A DNA stretch of 64,000 bases, from assembly GCA_964016885.1 (NCBI GenBank), contig OZ024744.1:81282001-81346000 (forward strand), written 5' to 3'. Made by a program: the position numbers and the translations under genes. The notes beneath the pieces are model-generated. The model saw nothing but the letters and a program-made list of their open reading frames with translations. It ran no database searches and was not told the DNA's origin. Origin of the DNA: Eledone cirrhosa (lineage: Eukaryota). Each line of letters begins with the position of its first letter. The first letter of the stretch is position 1. Shown here piece after piece: positions 39,890 to 52,171 of the stretch.

Positions 39890-40070
39890 TGTTTCTACTT
39901 TAGGCACAAGGCCAGCAATTACCCAGTGCATTACTGGTACTTTATTTTATCGACCCCGTAAGGATGAAAGGCAAAGTCAACCTCGGCGGGATTTGAACTC
40001 AGATCGTAAAGGGGCGTAACTATGCTGGAAAGCGTGGCGTCCGACCCTCTACCGATACTGCCAATCCACC
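39890..40070 (-). mobile_element. Young full-length family-2 SINE inside MITE A
   Basis: TSD gttctcaaaataaataat at 39872-39889 and 40071-40088; uninterrupted MITE copies elsewhere show the empty site. Confidence 0.9.
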
Positions 40071-41929
40071 GTTCTCAAAATAAATAATATCAAAATCTCA
40101 GATTTTATGTGAGATAAAGCCTTTACCGTGAAAATACAATAGTAATAGAGTAATGCTAAAGAGTTAGCTCTTGATAATTTTTTTAATCACACAACGGCAT
40201 TTGGTATACAAAGTCAGCCTGGTGTTTATCTATGGATTTACATAGATCAATTATGTGTCCATAGTTCAGTTATCTCCTGTTTTTAATTACTGTTTGTTTT
40301 ATTTCATCCAAACTGTATTTCTAAGATTCCTATTACACAAATCATGAATCCCATTAAATCTATAGGTTTTCAGCCTCTTAATGCTCTTGCTTAGAGATCA
40401 TTTGGAGACAGCTGTTTCTGATAGGACTCTCTCAAAGGCATGCCTGAGAACTCTGTAACCATGACCCTACAGGGAGGAAGAGAAGGGAAACGAGAAGCAG
40501 CAGTGGCTTCTTAATCCTTTTGTTACCATATTTCTAATAAAAGACTGCCTATTATTTTTCAAATCATTTTGAAAATAAGAATTCAGAGGAATTTAGTAAT
40601 ATAACTGTCATTACCATGCTGGTGTTTGGAATATAACAAGAATCCTTTCATAAAATTATAATGGAAGGTTTTTAGATAAAAATAAAAGCTTTAAGATAAA
40701 CAGTTTAATATTACAGAACCAGAGGTAGTTTGGTATCAAAAGGGTAAATGTTCTTTTCCCACATTTCTTTTTGTAAAATCTTAACTATACATTAAAATTC
40801 TTCAAATGAAAATCCTTACATAATCCTCATATAATTTTAGTTATTTATCTCATATTAGACATCTAAAGCCATGCTGGAGAATTACTGCTTAAGTAGATGC
40901 ATAAAAGGAAGTAGCTAGCTACTCTTTGTGGCATATTACTTCAATTTTATATTATATTTTCCACATTTTATAATATTTTTAGCCATAAATTTTCCACACA
41001 TATCAATCTGCTATAAATCCAAAGAAAGTCTTTTAAAGCTACATGTTTGTGGTATAAAACATTTCTCAAAACACAAATGAAATTAGCACATGCCTATAAA
41101 CTATTAACCATTTAGCATTTAAACCAGCTGTAACCTGCCACTCATACTGATGTTAAGGTATTGTTCTCAAAATAAATAATATCAAAATCTCATAGATTCA
41201 ATATTATGTGAGATAAAAGTGTTTACCATGAAAATATAGAGTAATGTAAATGCTAAAGAGATAAACAAATGATTTACCTAAATAAAACATGCAGGTTATA
41301 TTATATTAAATAATTTGGGGTGCAGGTATGGTTGTCAGTACATACATGACTGTGCATGATGTTAAGACTTTTGCTTCACAACCACATGAATTTGACCTCA
41401 CACGGACTACGAAGCCTCAAATTGATCAATACCATGGAAGTGAAATTTGGTAGATGGAAACATTGGAGAAGACTATCATACACAGACACTTGCATGCATA
41501 CAATGAAAGATATAAACAGACCAGAAAATTGCTGACAAACCAGTGTGTCAAACAAAATTGCTCTATGATATTTATTTCCCAAAGTTATACAGCCACTTCC
41601 TTATCACTCTCAACCATCAGAAATGCTATGAACCAATGATTAATACTTAAGACTTGTAACAAATTATGCTGCTGTTCACAAAATGCATGATATACAACAA
41701 AAATAAATCTTCATTTGATGTGGAAGGTTATATAGCTTCTTAATTGCCATCAGCAGTGCTGCTGTTGATGATCAGTTCTATGTTTTCGAGTGTCTGTTTT
41801 CTTTGCTTACTACTTTGATATAGTAATACACAAATATATATATTTTTTAAACCTCTTTGTTTCCATATTTCGAATGCCAATGTGTCAATTCATTATGAAA
41901 ATAATTTTTTTTTTTTTAAATGGAAGTCT

Positions 41930-42350
41930 TCTTCGTCGCCCACTTATTCCTGAGAGGATCATGGGGGAAGAGTTCCCAAGCACTCCTTCCAGTAGGTTCT
42001 GTCAGAAGCAACTATCTCCAACTGATCTGGCTGGATCCCCAAGAGAGACCAGCCAAGCTCATGGATGTTATCCAACCATCTTGCTCGGGGTCTACCCCTG
42101 GGTCTCCTGCTGGTTAGTTTTGCCCATAAAATCTGTCCAGTGATTCTTTCCTGAGACCTTCTAACCACATGCCCATAGTATTGGAGCTGTGATCTCTCAA
42201 TTCGGAGAAGTAGCGGCCCTGCCTGCAGTGACTCTCTGATCTCCCAGCTACACACTAATGTTACACAAGTAATGTTACTCCCTCCGGAGGAATCCCATTT
42301 CAGCCACATGTATTCGCGATTGTATTCTTTTGGTCATTACCCAAGATTCG
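41930..42350 (-). mobile_element. RTE (Expander/Rex3-like) 3' fragment
   Basis: ORF 41959-42309 EIRESLQAGPLLLRIERSQLQYYGHVVR..RRPRGRPRARWLDNI. Confidence 0.85.
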
Positions 42351-45300
42351 TGACTAAATGGAGGTATGTAGTAGAATAACTTTCTCATTAAGTTGACGTT
42401 TGGAACATAACTTTAAACATTTTTATATAAAATTATGATGGAATGTCTGAACACATAAAAACAAGTAGTTTTATATCACATAAGCAGGAGCAGTTTCAGG
42501 TGGGTTGGTATCAAAAGCTTTAAACAGTTTCTACAAAGATAAAAGATTCATGTCTTGAGAAATTTGTAGAAAACAAAATAACTTAATCATTTTTTCTTAT
42601 TGTTTTGAGTGGACTCATATCTAAGGTAGCTTGGCTATCTTATTAAAGTAATCATTATATAAATACCTTTTCCCACTCTTACAAGATAATTATTGTTAAA
42701 CATGTAACATATTTATGATTTTGATGATGAAATGTATCTCGCATCAACCATAATAATATGCCACATGTGTTTGTATATTTATATATCTTCTCCTTTATCC
42801 TGTAAATCCTGGGAGAGTCATTGGGTGGCTGTATTTACATATGGCATTTCTAGGGCATCTTTTAAACTTGGCAGAGCCCATATCCTCTCCAGGTCTGAAT
42901 ATAGAAGATTTCTTTCAGAGATGGATAGAGGATGAGAAAATGGAAATGAGAAAGAGATACAGAGAAAGAATCAACTCCAGTATTAGACTGGTACTTTTTT
43001 TATCAACCTTGAATAGATGAAAGGCAAAGTTGACTTCAACAGGATTTGAACTCAAGAGAGGAGAACTGAAACAAATACCACAAAGTATTCTATCTGATGT
43101 TCTAATGACTTTGCCAATTTGATGTCTACATTTATACATATCCCCATCTAACTCTCTGAAATTTATACATACAGTGAATTTCCTATTTCATCCAAATTGT
43201 GACAATAAGAAGTTCGCTTTCCAATCACAAGATCCTGGGTTCCAACCCTACACTTGTTCCCATAAATAGTAATTTCTATAAATATACGCATACATTTAAT
43301 CGTGTATGTCATTTATAAATACATGGTGAACCTTTAAGTAATTATATCCTATAAATAAATTATCAAAATATCATTCTTATATTTAAGCACTTCCACATGT
43401 CAGTAATAAACATAAATTATAGGGCTTATCTTATGCAAGCAATAATTTATCAAAATACAAATTACCCAGTTTAAGATTGTTCATATATCCAATAATCCTG
43501 CTATATATGACAAACTGTTCCAGGACTCCAAAAGTTAAATACATTCAATGTTGTTGCCATCATTATTGATAGCAGTTGTCCACTAGTTATATGAGAATTG
43601 ATAATAGAAATAATGTTTAACCCTTTAGCATTTACATTACTCTATATTTATGATTATATTTTCACAGTTAAGGCTTTACCTCACATAATTATCTCACATA
43701 ATATCGAATCTATGAGATTTTAATGTTATTTAGTACCTTACTGTAGGTATGAGGGGCCAGTTACAGCCAGTTTGATCAGAAAGAGGTGAGAGAATTCTGA
43801 CCAGATATGGCCGGTTTAAATGCTAAAAGGTTAAAACAGAAAATTTATGCATGTGGACTCATGTAAATTACAGTACTATCTAACGAGTGTTTCTTTCAAT
43901 GTTGCCAAGCTATATTGCTGCTAACGGGAATGTCTGGATATTTTAGTACACAACAAAACACTACACTTTTATTCACCTCTTTGCTATCTATTTATTCATT
44001 TCTCTTCCATACATACATAGACCTCCATCAAACAAAGGTTAGCTTCACTTATACTAGCCAACACTGCTATAATGCTGATTGATCCAATTACCAGCCAGAT
44101 TCAGTCTTAATTTTTAACATCCTGTGATGATTTAGCAGAAAATATTTTAAATCAGGTTTGTTAATTCAAAAGTTTGTTAGTAGTATATTTGCTAGTGGAC
44201 AGATTGTTGTGAAAATTTGCAATAAACTAAAAATTTCAAATTTTTTAAATGTAATGTAGTTATAGAGATGTTTTGCACATTTCAAGAATGACGTCTAAAT
44301 GTAACTTCATGTGGTACAGAACATTAAGAATTAATTTAGTTTGGTCATGCATGGTGAGGTTTTTTTTTTTTTGTTATAACCTTTAACCATAGTCATTAAT
44401 CCAACACCATACTTGGCTTCGTAACTGAGGACCATGTTATAAGGCAGACTTTGCATGGATTTCTGAAGCAAATGGTGCCCAAATTTGTCAACCACATCCC
44501 GGTGGAACCCTGAAGCTGATCGCTGATCTCCGATCTCAATCAGGTAATTGACAACAACCTGAGATAAACTCTTATGCAAGAACAAGAAGTCTGGAGCAAT
44601 GGCTTAATTCAACTAGAGTTTCATTTGTCCTTGACAGGTGGTAATGGTTAAAACTGTTTGAAATGTAGATTTAAACCTTTCATTATCATTTTCAAAATAA
44701 TCAAAAATTTAGGTATTTAGTAAGATAACTTTTAGATAAATAAGTTGGTGTTTGGTGTATAATTTAAAGGTTCTTACATAAATTTACAATGAAATTTTTT
44801 TTAGATAAATATAAACGTTTTAAAACAGTTTTGTATCAGATAAACAGTTTTGTATCAGATACCAGGGGATAGTTTCAAGTGGTTTGGTATCAAACAGGTT
44901 AAGTTAAGTACAAATTAAATCAGTTTAAATATGGTAAAGAGGAAATAAAGTACTAGTCAGTGGACAAGAACATAAAACCAAAGATTTAGAGGGGAAAAAA
45001 AAAACTTTCTCAATGTGTGAGACTAAGTAGGAAAAACAAACCTATGCGCGCACACACACGCACTGCAAGCACTGACTACAAACAGAAAGATGCAATAGGT
45101 TATGCATCGCTCCAGAAAATGGAGTCAGGAAACTTTTCAATACGAAGAGCTATTTTCAGCCAAAACCATTCAAACTATCACAGCCACATAGTTTATTATA
45201 AACAAAAATACACTCAAGAAAACATGAATTTAGCTAACTTCTTGCTTACGCAATGCAATTTTTGGCTATGAATTTTATCTGAAATTGCTTCAATGTCTGA

Positions 45301-45883
45301 ATCATAGTAAATGAAATAAAATTTAAAGAATTTTAGAGTGTCTCAGAGCCACTTAAAGGTTGCCTAAAGAGCTGCATGCAACTCTGGTGCCACAAGTTTC
45401 TGACCTCTGCTCCAGAATATCCCCTCTGTAAATGTATTCCTATCAAGCATAAATCTGCACCATTTTAAGTTAAATATCAGTTGACAATAAAAGTAACCAT
45501 AAAATAAAGTCCACAAGTAAGATGATTTGTTGGATCAGTTAAACCCTGCTTATATACAAGTACTTAAGTTCATTTTCCCTGCTAAAGCAGGGGGTTAGCT
45601 TTGCAGGACCTATGAGAGGTTTTATATCCATCATGGGGCTCTTTTTTTTTTGTGTGCAATGTTACACAGCTGGATACCCTTCCTGGCGCTAACTCTTTTA
45701 GTCAACAGATAAAAAATGTACCTATTCTAAACTGGATACATACAAATATTCTGCTATATCTAAAAAATAAAAAAATAAAAAATAAAATAAAATAAAATAA
45801 AAAAATACACCTCTATGAGTAAAGAGTAGACTGTTTTGCATAAAAGTGTGATGCTATACATTAATGAACTATATATTTTAGAT

Positions 45884-46163
45884 GAGAGGTTCTCAAACTT
45901 TTTGGGCCACTGACCCCCTCAGAGTCGAGTAATACCCTCACTGCTCCCCAACCCTATTTCCAGAGAGACCTGCCTACACGCAAATTATAAATAATATACA
46001 TACTATGTATAAATAAATATTATATATTTTATATTTTACTATACTTATATATAATATGTATTAATTTATATTTAATATACTATTATATCATCTCTATCGC
46101 CTCTCCCTTTTCAACGTCCTCTGTGGAGGCAAGGGGCGATAATGCCCACCTTGAGAACCTCTG
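45884..46163. mobile_element. hAT-superfamily MITE
   Basis: TIRs (G/C)AGAGGTTCTCAA and TTGAGAACCTCTG; exact 8-bp TSD ttttagat at 45876-45883 and 46164-46171. Confidence 0.85.
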
Positions 46164-47259
46164 TTTTAGATTAATTAATTCAGTATTATCTTTTCAGGAC
46201 ACAATGTTAACTTTGAATAAAGGTTGAGAAAATGCAAGATGAGAAGATAGTTTATATTCAAAATCAATGATTAATGTTATTGACATAGTTCAATTGCAAC
46301 TCCCTCATCATTAATAAGGTATTAGAGATGCAACAGAACAGCGTTAGTGACCACATCAAAAAAATGTTGACACCAGGAAATAAATGTAACAGAGGGGGGG
46401 GGGGGGGTGCGTGCGTATTTTTATGGCTAAAATGACTCTTCCATAATGTAATTGCTTTAGTTTCAACACATGGTCTCACTTGTACAAACAAATTCAACTC
46501 GAAAATATACTAATAAATATATGAAAAACATTACAAAAATAATATGAAGAGAGAAACATTTTAATAAATATTGAAGTGAACTGAAATTAAGATAGTGAAA
46601 AAAAAACTAAGACACATGAGGATGAGCTGTACACAAATGTGAATAAATATTTAACCAAGAAATTAATAGAGCAAACCAGTTAAAAAATAGCTGCTAGGTC
46701 AACACATTTAAAACTTGGGTGGAATATAATATTGCTATGGCAGAGTAAGATAAATAACGTTTACAGCAGTGTTGTGTGTGAAATATAAAAGAGACTAAAT
46801 GAAGACTACTTTGAAAGTTTATCTGCAATAACTAGGAAAATTTATGTTGAATCATTTCATATTGTAACACTGTACATGAAAATATCCAGTTGAAAGCTTT
46901 GACAACACACATTAACCCTTTTGAAAGACACTGCATATAACTTGCAAATAATTTTGAAAAATAATCAAGAATTTGGAGGGCTTAGTAATATAACTAACTT
47001 TCTCATTATCAGATTAGTGTTTGAAGCATAACATGACAGGAGGTTTTTAGATATATATAAACACTTTAAAATACCCAGTTTTGTATTGTAAAATGAGGGG
47101 TAGTTTCAGGTAATTTGGTATCAAAAGAGTGAACTAATAATGGTAAAAGTGATGATGATACTATTTATTAAGTATTTGGGTGTTTTACAATTAAAAACAT
47201 TCACACACAAAAGTATATATAGTATGCATATTTATCCTCCTTCAAATGTACAGAAGACT

Positions 47260-47850
47260 CCCTAGAAGTAGCTGATAGCCTTTGTTGCCTAAGCAAACTA
47301 ATGAGCAGTGGAGAGGGATGTTTTGAAAACATAGATACCTAAGTAAAAACAGTAGAGAAAGTTCAGGGAGCTGTTTTATTGGCTGAAACAAAGGGGATTT
47401 CTTTCTCAAACTGAAGGGCAGTTTTGTATGATGGTTGAGTAGGAAGACTTGGGTTTTAAATATGGAAGATAGGTGAAGGCTGGAAAGAAATGAATTGAGC
47501 ATGCTCTAGATGATGTGTAATGTTAGTGTACATGAACAATGGAGCAGAAGTGAGTTGAAGGAAAGTCTGGGTAAAAGAGGAATCAGATGTGGTATACAAA
47601 TAAGGAAAACTGCACTGTATAGACATGTGATGTGTATGGAGGTTAACAGATGAGTAAAGAACTAAGAAATCCAGGTAGACAGAACCTGCGGAAGAGGAAG
47701 ATATAAGAAACAGCAATGAAGATTGATCTCAGGAAACAATCTCATGAAGAAGATGAACAAAGGAGCACAGTAAGTGGTGAACTGCTGTGCTAGGGAAAAT
47801 GGTCATAGGAGTTGGAGATGAAGAAAGACATCTGACCACAGAATACAGAA
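47260..47850 (-). pseudogene. Possible highly decayed Penelope-like RT C-terminal region
   Basis: Translation ..FLISSSSAGSVYLDFLVLYSSVNLHT..PYLYTTSDS.. loosely resembles the PLE pattern S..sv.FLD..i....l.T..YL..S; Ser/Leu/His-rich composition. Confidence 0.35.
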
Positions 47851-49180
47851 TACTATCTCAAAAAAGTACTGTTCAATCCATGCTGTAATGAAAACCTGGA
47901 GTGAAGATAGTGATGGTGGTAGCAACAGTGGTGGTGGTGGTGGTGGTGGTGGTGGTGGTGGTGGTGGTGATATATGATGACATATAAATCAGCTAGCCAA
48001 CTGGTTATGTGTTCAAAATCAATACCTGAAGATGAAGTTTTCTTTTCTAACATATAATGACTGAAGTATTATCGCCATTGTCAAAAAGCCTATGATACAA
48101 TATAGTTAGAAAATGGAAATATGAAAATGGCTGAAAGCTATATACATCAGATAACGGTTAGAGAAAAAAGGATTACAGTAAAATTAGAAATCAACGGAGT
48201 CAATACAATTGCTGGCATTACTTGCAGGATTTTGGGTGGTGGATTATCAGAATTGTTAGAATGTAAAGACCCAAAACAAATACTACAAAGCATTTTGTCT
48301 GACACGGAGTTCAAATTTCACTGGTGTTAATTTCGCTTTTCATTCTCCCAAGGGACCAATAAAATAAAGTACCAGTTAAGTACTCAGGTTGATTTAATAG
48401 ACTCCCTCAACATCCTAAATTGCTGAATTGTGCCTAAATTAAAAACCCTTATTCTTCTGAGACTGATGGAAGGGACTAAGGTATCCTTAAATTGCAGACC
48501 TGGTCCAAATGCTTGCAACAGAATGGACTCAGATAAAGGCATCGAAGGGCCAGGTAATGGTAGCTGATATTTGGAGTTTATTAAAAGAAAGGATATATTC
48601 TAAAAGCAGTCAGTGTGAATTCAGGAAATTATAGAACTGCAAGAGCTGGGGACATATTAATGCCTTAATCCATTAGCATTTAAACTGGCCAGAATTCTCT
48701 CACCTCTTTCTGTTCAAACCAGCCAAAACTTGCTACTCATACTTATGTTAAGGTGTTGTTCTCAAAATAAATAATATCAAATTATATTCGAGGTCAATAT
48801 TTTGATGATTTTTCACCAACTTCTTCAAATTCTATATAAATAAGGGGCTAAAATATCTGGAGTGATTATTTTAAAACGAAACACTTTTTTTTTTACATTT
48901 ACTATATTGCCATTGGTGTTATTTATGCATTCCCCTGAAAATAATTCCAACAATTTTTTATAATTTGAACTTTTTAATACATAAATATCCCCCCCACACA
49001 CACACATTTTCTTTCAATCTTATTTTATTGCTCACAATAAAATAAGATTTTCATTCACTCTGTCTCCCTTCACTCTCACTTGCTGTATCTCCCTCCCAAT
49101 TCTATTCTATAAATCCTTATACAAAGTTCTCTGGCCAGAAATATAAAAAATTCGAGAAACTTGTTGAAACTAGATATAAT

Positions 49181-49322
49181 TGTTTCTACTTTTGGCACAA
49201 GGCCAGCAATTACCCAGTGCATTACTGGTACTTTATTTTATCGACCCCGTCAGAATGGCAAGGGCCGTAACTCTATGCGTCAAAGCATGGTGTTCGACCC
49301 TTTACCGATACTGCCAATCCAC
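49181..49322 (-). mobile_element. Young family-2 SINE with an internal ~40-bp deletion removing the B-box
   Basis: TSD tgaaactagatataat at 49165-49180 and 49323-49338; 'gaccccgt|cagaatggc' junction lacks aaggatgaaagg..gatttgaact. Confidence 0.85.
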
Positions 49323-51370
49323 TGAAACTAGATATAATGGAAACTCATTACGTAATGTAGTTGTGAAACAAAAACTATACTCTAAACAATACTTAACCCT
49401 TTAGCATTCACATTACTCTATATATACTATTATATTTTCATGGTAAAGGCTTTACCTCGCATAATTATCTCACATAATATCGAATCTATGAGATTTTGAA
49501 AGTATTTATTTTGAGAACAATACCTTAACATCAGGTTGAGCAACCAGTTACAGCCAGTTTCAACAGAAAGAGGTAGAGAATTCTGGCCAGTTTTGGCCAG
49601 TTTGAACAATAAAGGGTTAAAACATTTTAAACATCAAAATATTACAATTACATATATACAATACAGATATATTTTATATTCATGAGAATTTCAACACCAC
49701 GCCATCTAAACATAATGTGTTGATTAGCTACCTCAGCTTATAAACAGAGGTTTGGATTTTTGCCCATTTCTTAAATATAAATGGAGGGGGGGGGGGGTTA
49801 TATTCGAGTATATATGTAAAAGTTGTATGTAAAGTGGGGGCCTATATGGTAAGTCAGTAGACCCGCTTCAGTACTGACTTGGTCAGTGAAGACCTGTCCA
49901 GCCCTTGCTAGCAGGGAAAGCAGACATTAAGTGGTGATGAGGATGACGATGATGATGTTTCCTTTATTTGCATTAATTTTTATTTTCAGAATAACTACAA
50001 AGATACTTATTTATTAAGTACAAATATGTTTTACTGAATTTAATATGAAGAAAGCTTGCCAAAAACAAAGGGTTGGGAGGTCCCTTTAGTTGTGTCAAAG
50101 ACATGATAGTCTTCCTAGAGCTGGTGATCTGCACAATAAAAGCACCAAGTACACACTGTAAAGAGCAACCAGCCATAGAAAGCTTGCCAAACAAGGGGTT
50201 TGTGTCAAAAGACAACTTCTCTTCTGCACTTGATATGACAATATGTAAGCGGATACAGACCCCTCGGCCTGAGATCAGTAGTCCCACTTCAGTAGTGACT
50301 TGGTCTATGAAAACCCGTCCAATCCTTCCTACCTGGGAAAGCAGACATCAAATGATGATGATGATTTGAACCAAAATTTATTTCCGCAGTTTCTTACATC
50401 ATCTTGATAATCTGGTATAACTCCTATAAAAATCCAAAGGTGTTGCAAGCCAAAACAAAAAAGAAAAACAAAACAATTTGAACCATAGAGGCTGCAAAAC
50501 TGTTTCCAAAAAAGTACTAGAGCATCTATTGGGCAATATTCCAATCCAGATATTGATAACCATGCAATCACGATCAAAACAATTGTAGCATATTGTAGTA
50601 TCATTATCATTTCTACAACAGACTGTCTGAAACCAGCCCTTGGTTTGTTCTATCTAAAAACATTCTTCTCATAATTTTATGTAAGGATTTTAGTTATGTT
50701 ATGTTTCAAACAGCAGCTTAAAAATTGACAAAGTTACTAAAATTCCTTCAAATAATTATTTTCAAAATTATTTGAAAATACTATGCAATGTTTCATTAGA
50801 AATATAGTAACAAATAGTGTGAATAAAAAAAACTATGGTGTTTTATACAAATATCAGTGTCATTTTAATTTGTAACTATTGTAAGCAGTCTCTTACTTCA
50901 TTCAGCAGATACCATTTAAAACTGAAAATATTGTACAGCACATTATGTAAAGAGCAGAAATGTATGTTAGCAAGATAGGATTCCAGTCATTTGAGAAATC
51001 ATTTGCTCCACTTAAATATTGACTTAGTCATGTGATGATCTGTCCAACCCCTGCTAGCAGGGAAAAATAGACATTAAATTATGGTGATAACTTACAAAAC
51101 ATTAAGTACTACTTAACCACTTAGCTGCACTCAGTAAAAGATATGTCTAATTTGTATCATTATCATTGAAATAAATTCATTACAACTGCAATACTAAAAT
51201 AATTTAAAAAAAAAAAAAATGTTAAAGTTGCACCTATATAAGTTTAACTAGCCTCCTATGAGGTTTTGATGATAGGAACCACAGTCCTATCATTTTAATA
51301 CTAAAAATGATTAACTATTGAAATAAAAAAAAAAAAAATCAAGTTTTGGGTTTTCTTCTCTATTATCATA

Positions 51371-51410
51371 ACTAGCAGAAAAACCACCCTTCGGGTGGTT
51401 TTCTGCTCGC
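51371..51410 (-). mobile_element. Probable Helitron 3' terminus
   Basis: Minus strand: hairpin GCAGAAAACCACCC-gaa-GGGTGGTTTTTCTG immediately followed by CTAG|T. Confidence 0.5.
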
Positions 51411-52171
51411 ATGTGTAGTATGTATATTGATATTATACGCAAGTATATATGCATGTAGATATGATCAAATAAAATTGTAATTGACAATGTACACAGAAAT
51501 TGAACGAAGACTGCGTTACACGGTCTTATGTAATCAGTAACGTAATCCATGATACATTAAAAAAAGATGATATTATATATAAACTGCATTAGGAGAAAAT
51601 TAGTGACAGAAATATGTGAATGTTTATTTAAGTGATCGTCACCGAAAGTGTTGACATTTGAAAATTTTAAAGAAGTGAATCTTAAAATAAGTAACAAAAT
51701 ATATTTAATGAACAGCCACGAAATTTAGTAGATAAATTATGTAATATTCATTTATTATTTATTCAAAGTAATCCAACTTATTTTACTAAAAGGATAAAAA
51801 ATTATAAACCGTACATAGCCCCGCGCTTCTTACTTTATCATAGTTTAGATCGTTATTATTTGATTTTTGGGGAAGGATGGAGATTGACAGAATTGTTAGA
51901 GTGTCAGATAAAATGCTCTGTGGTATTTGTTCCAGATCTTTACGCCTTGATTTCAAATCCTGCTAATGTCTACTTTGCCTTTCATCCTTTCAGGGATCGA
52001 TAAAATAAAGTATCAGTCAGGTACGGGGGGGGGGGGGGGGTCGATGTAATGACCTTTCTCTTCCCCCACAAATTGTTGACCTTGTGGCTAAATTAGAAAT
52101 TATTTGATTTCTTATATGGTCCTGGGTTCAATCTCACTGTATGACATCTTGGGTAGCAACATTTGCCACAG

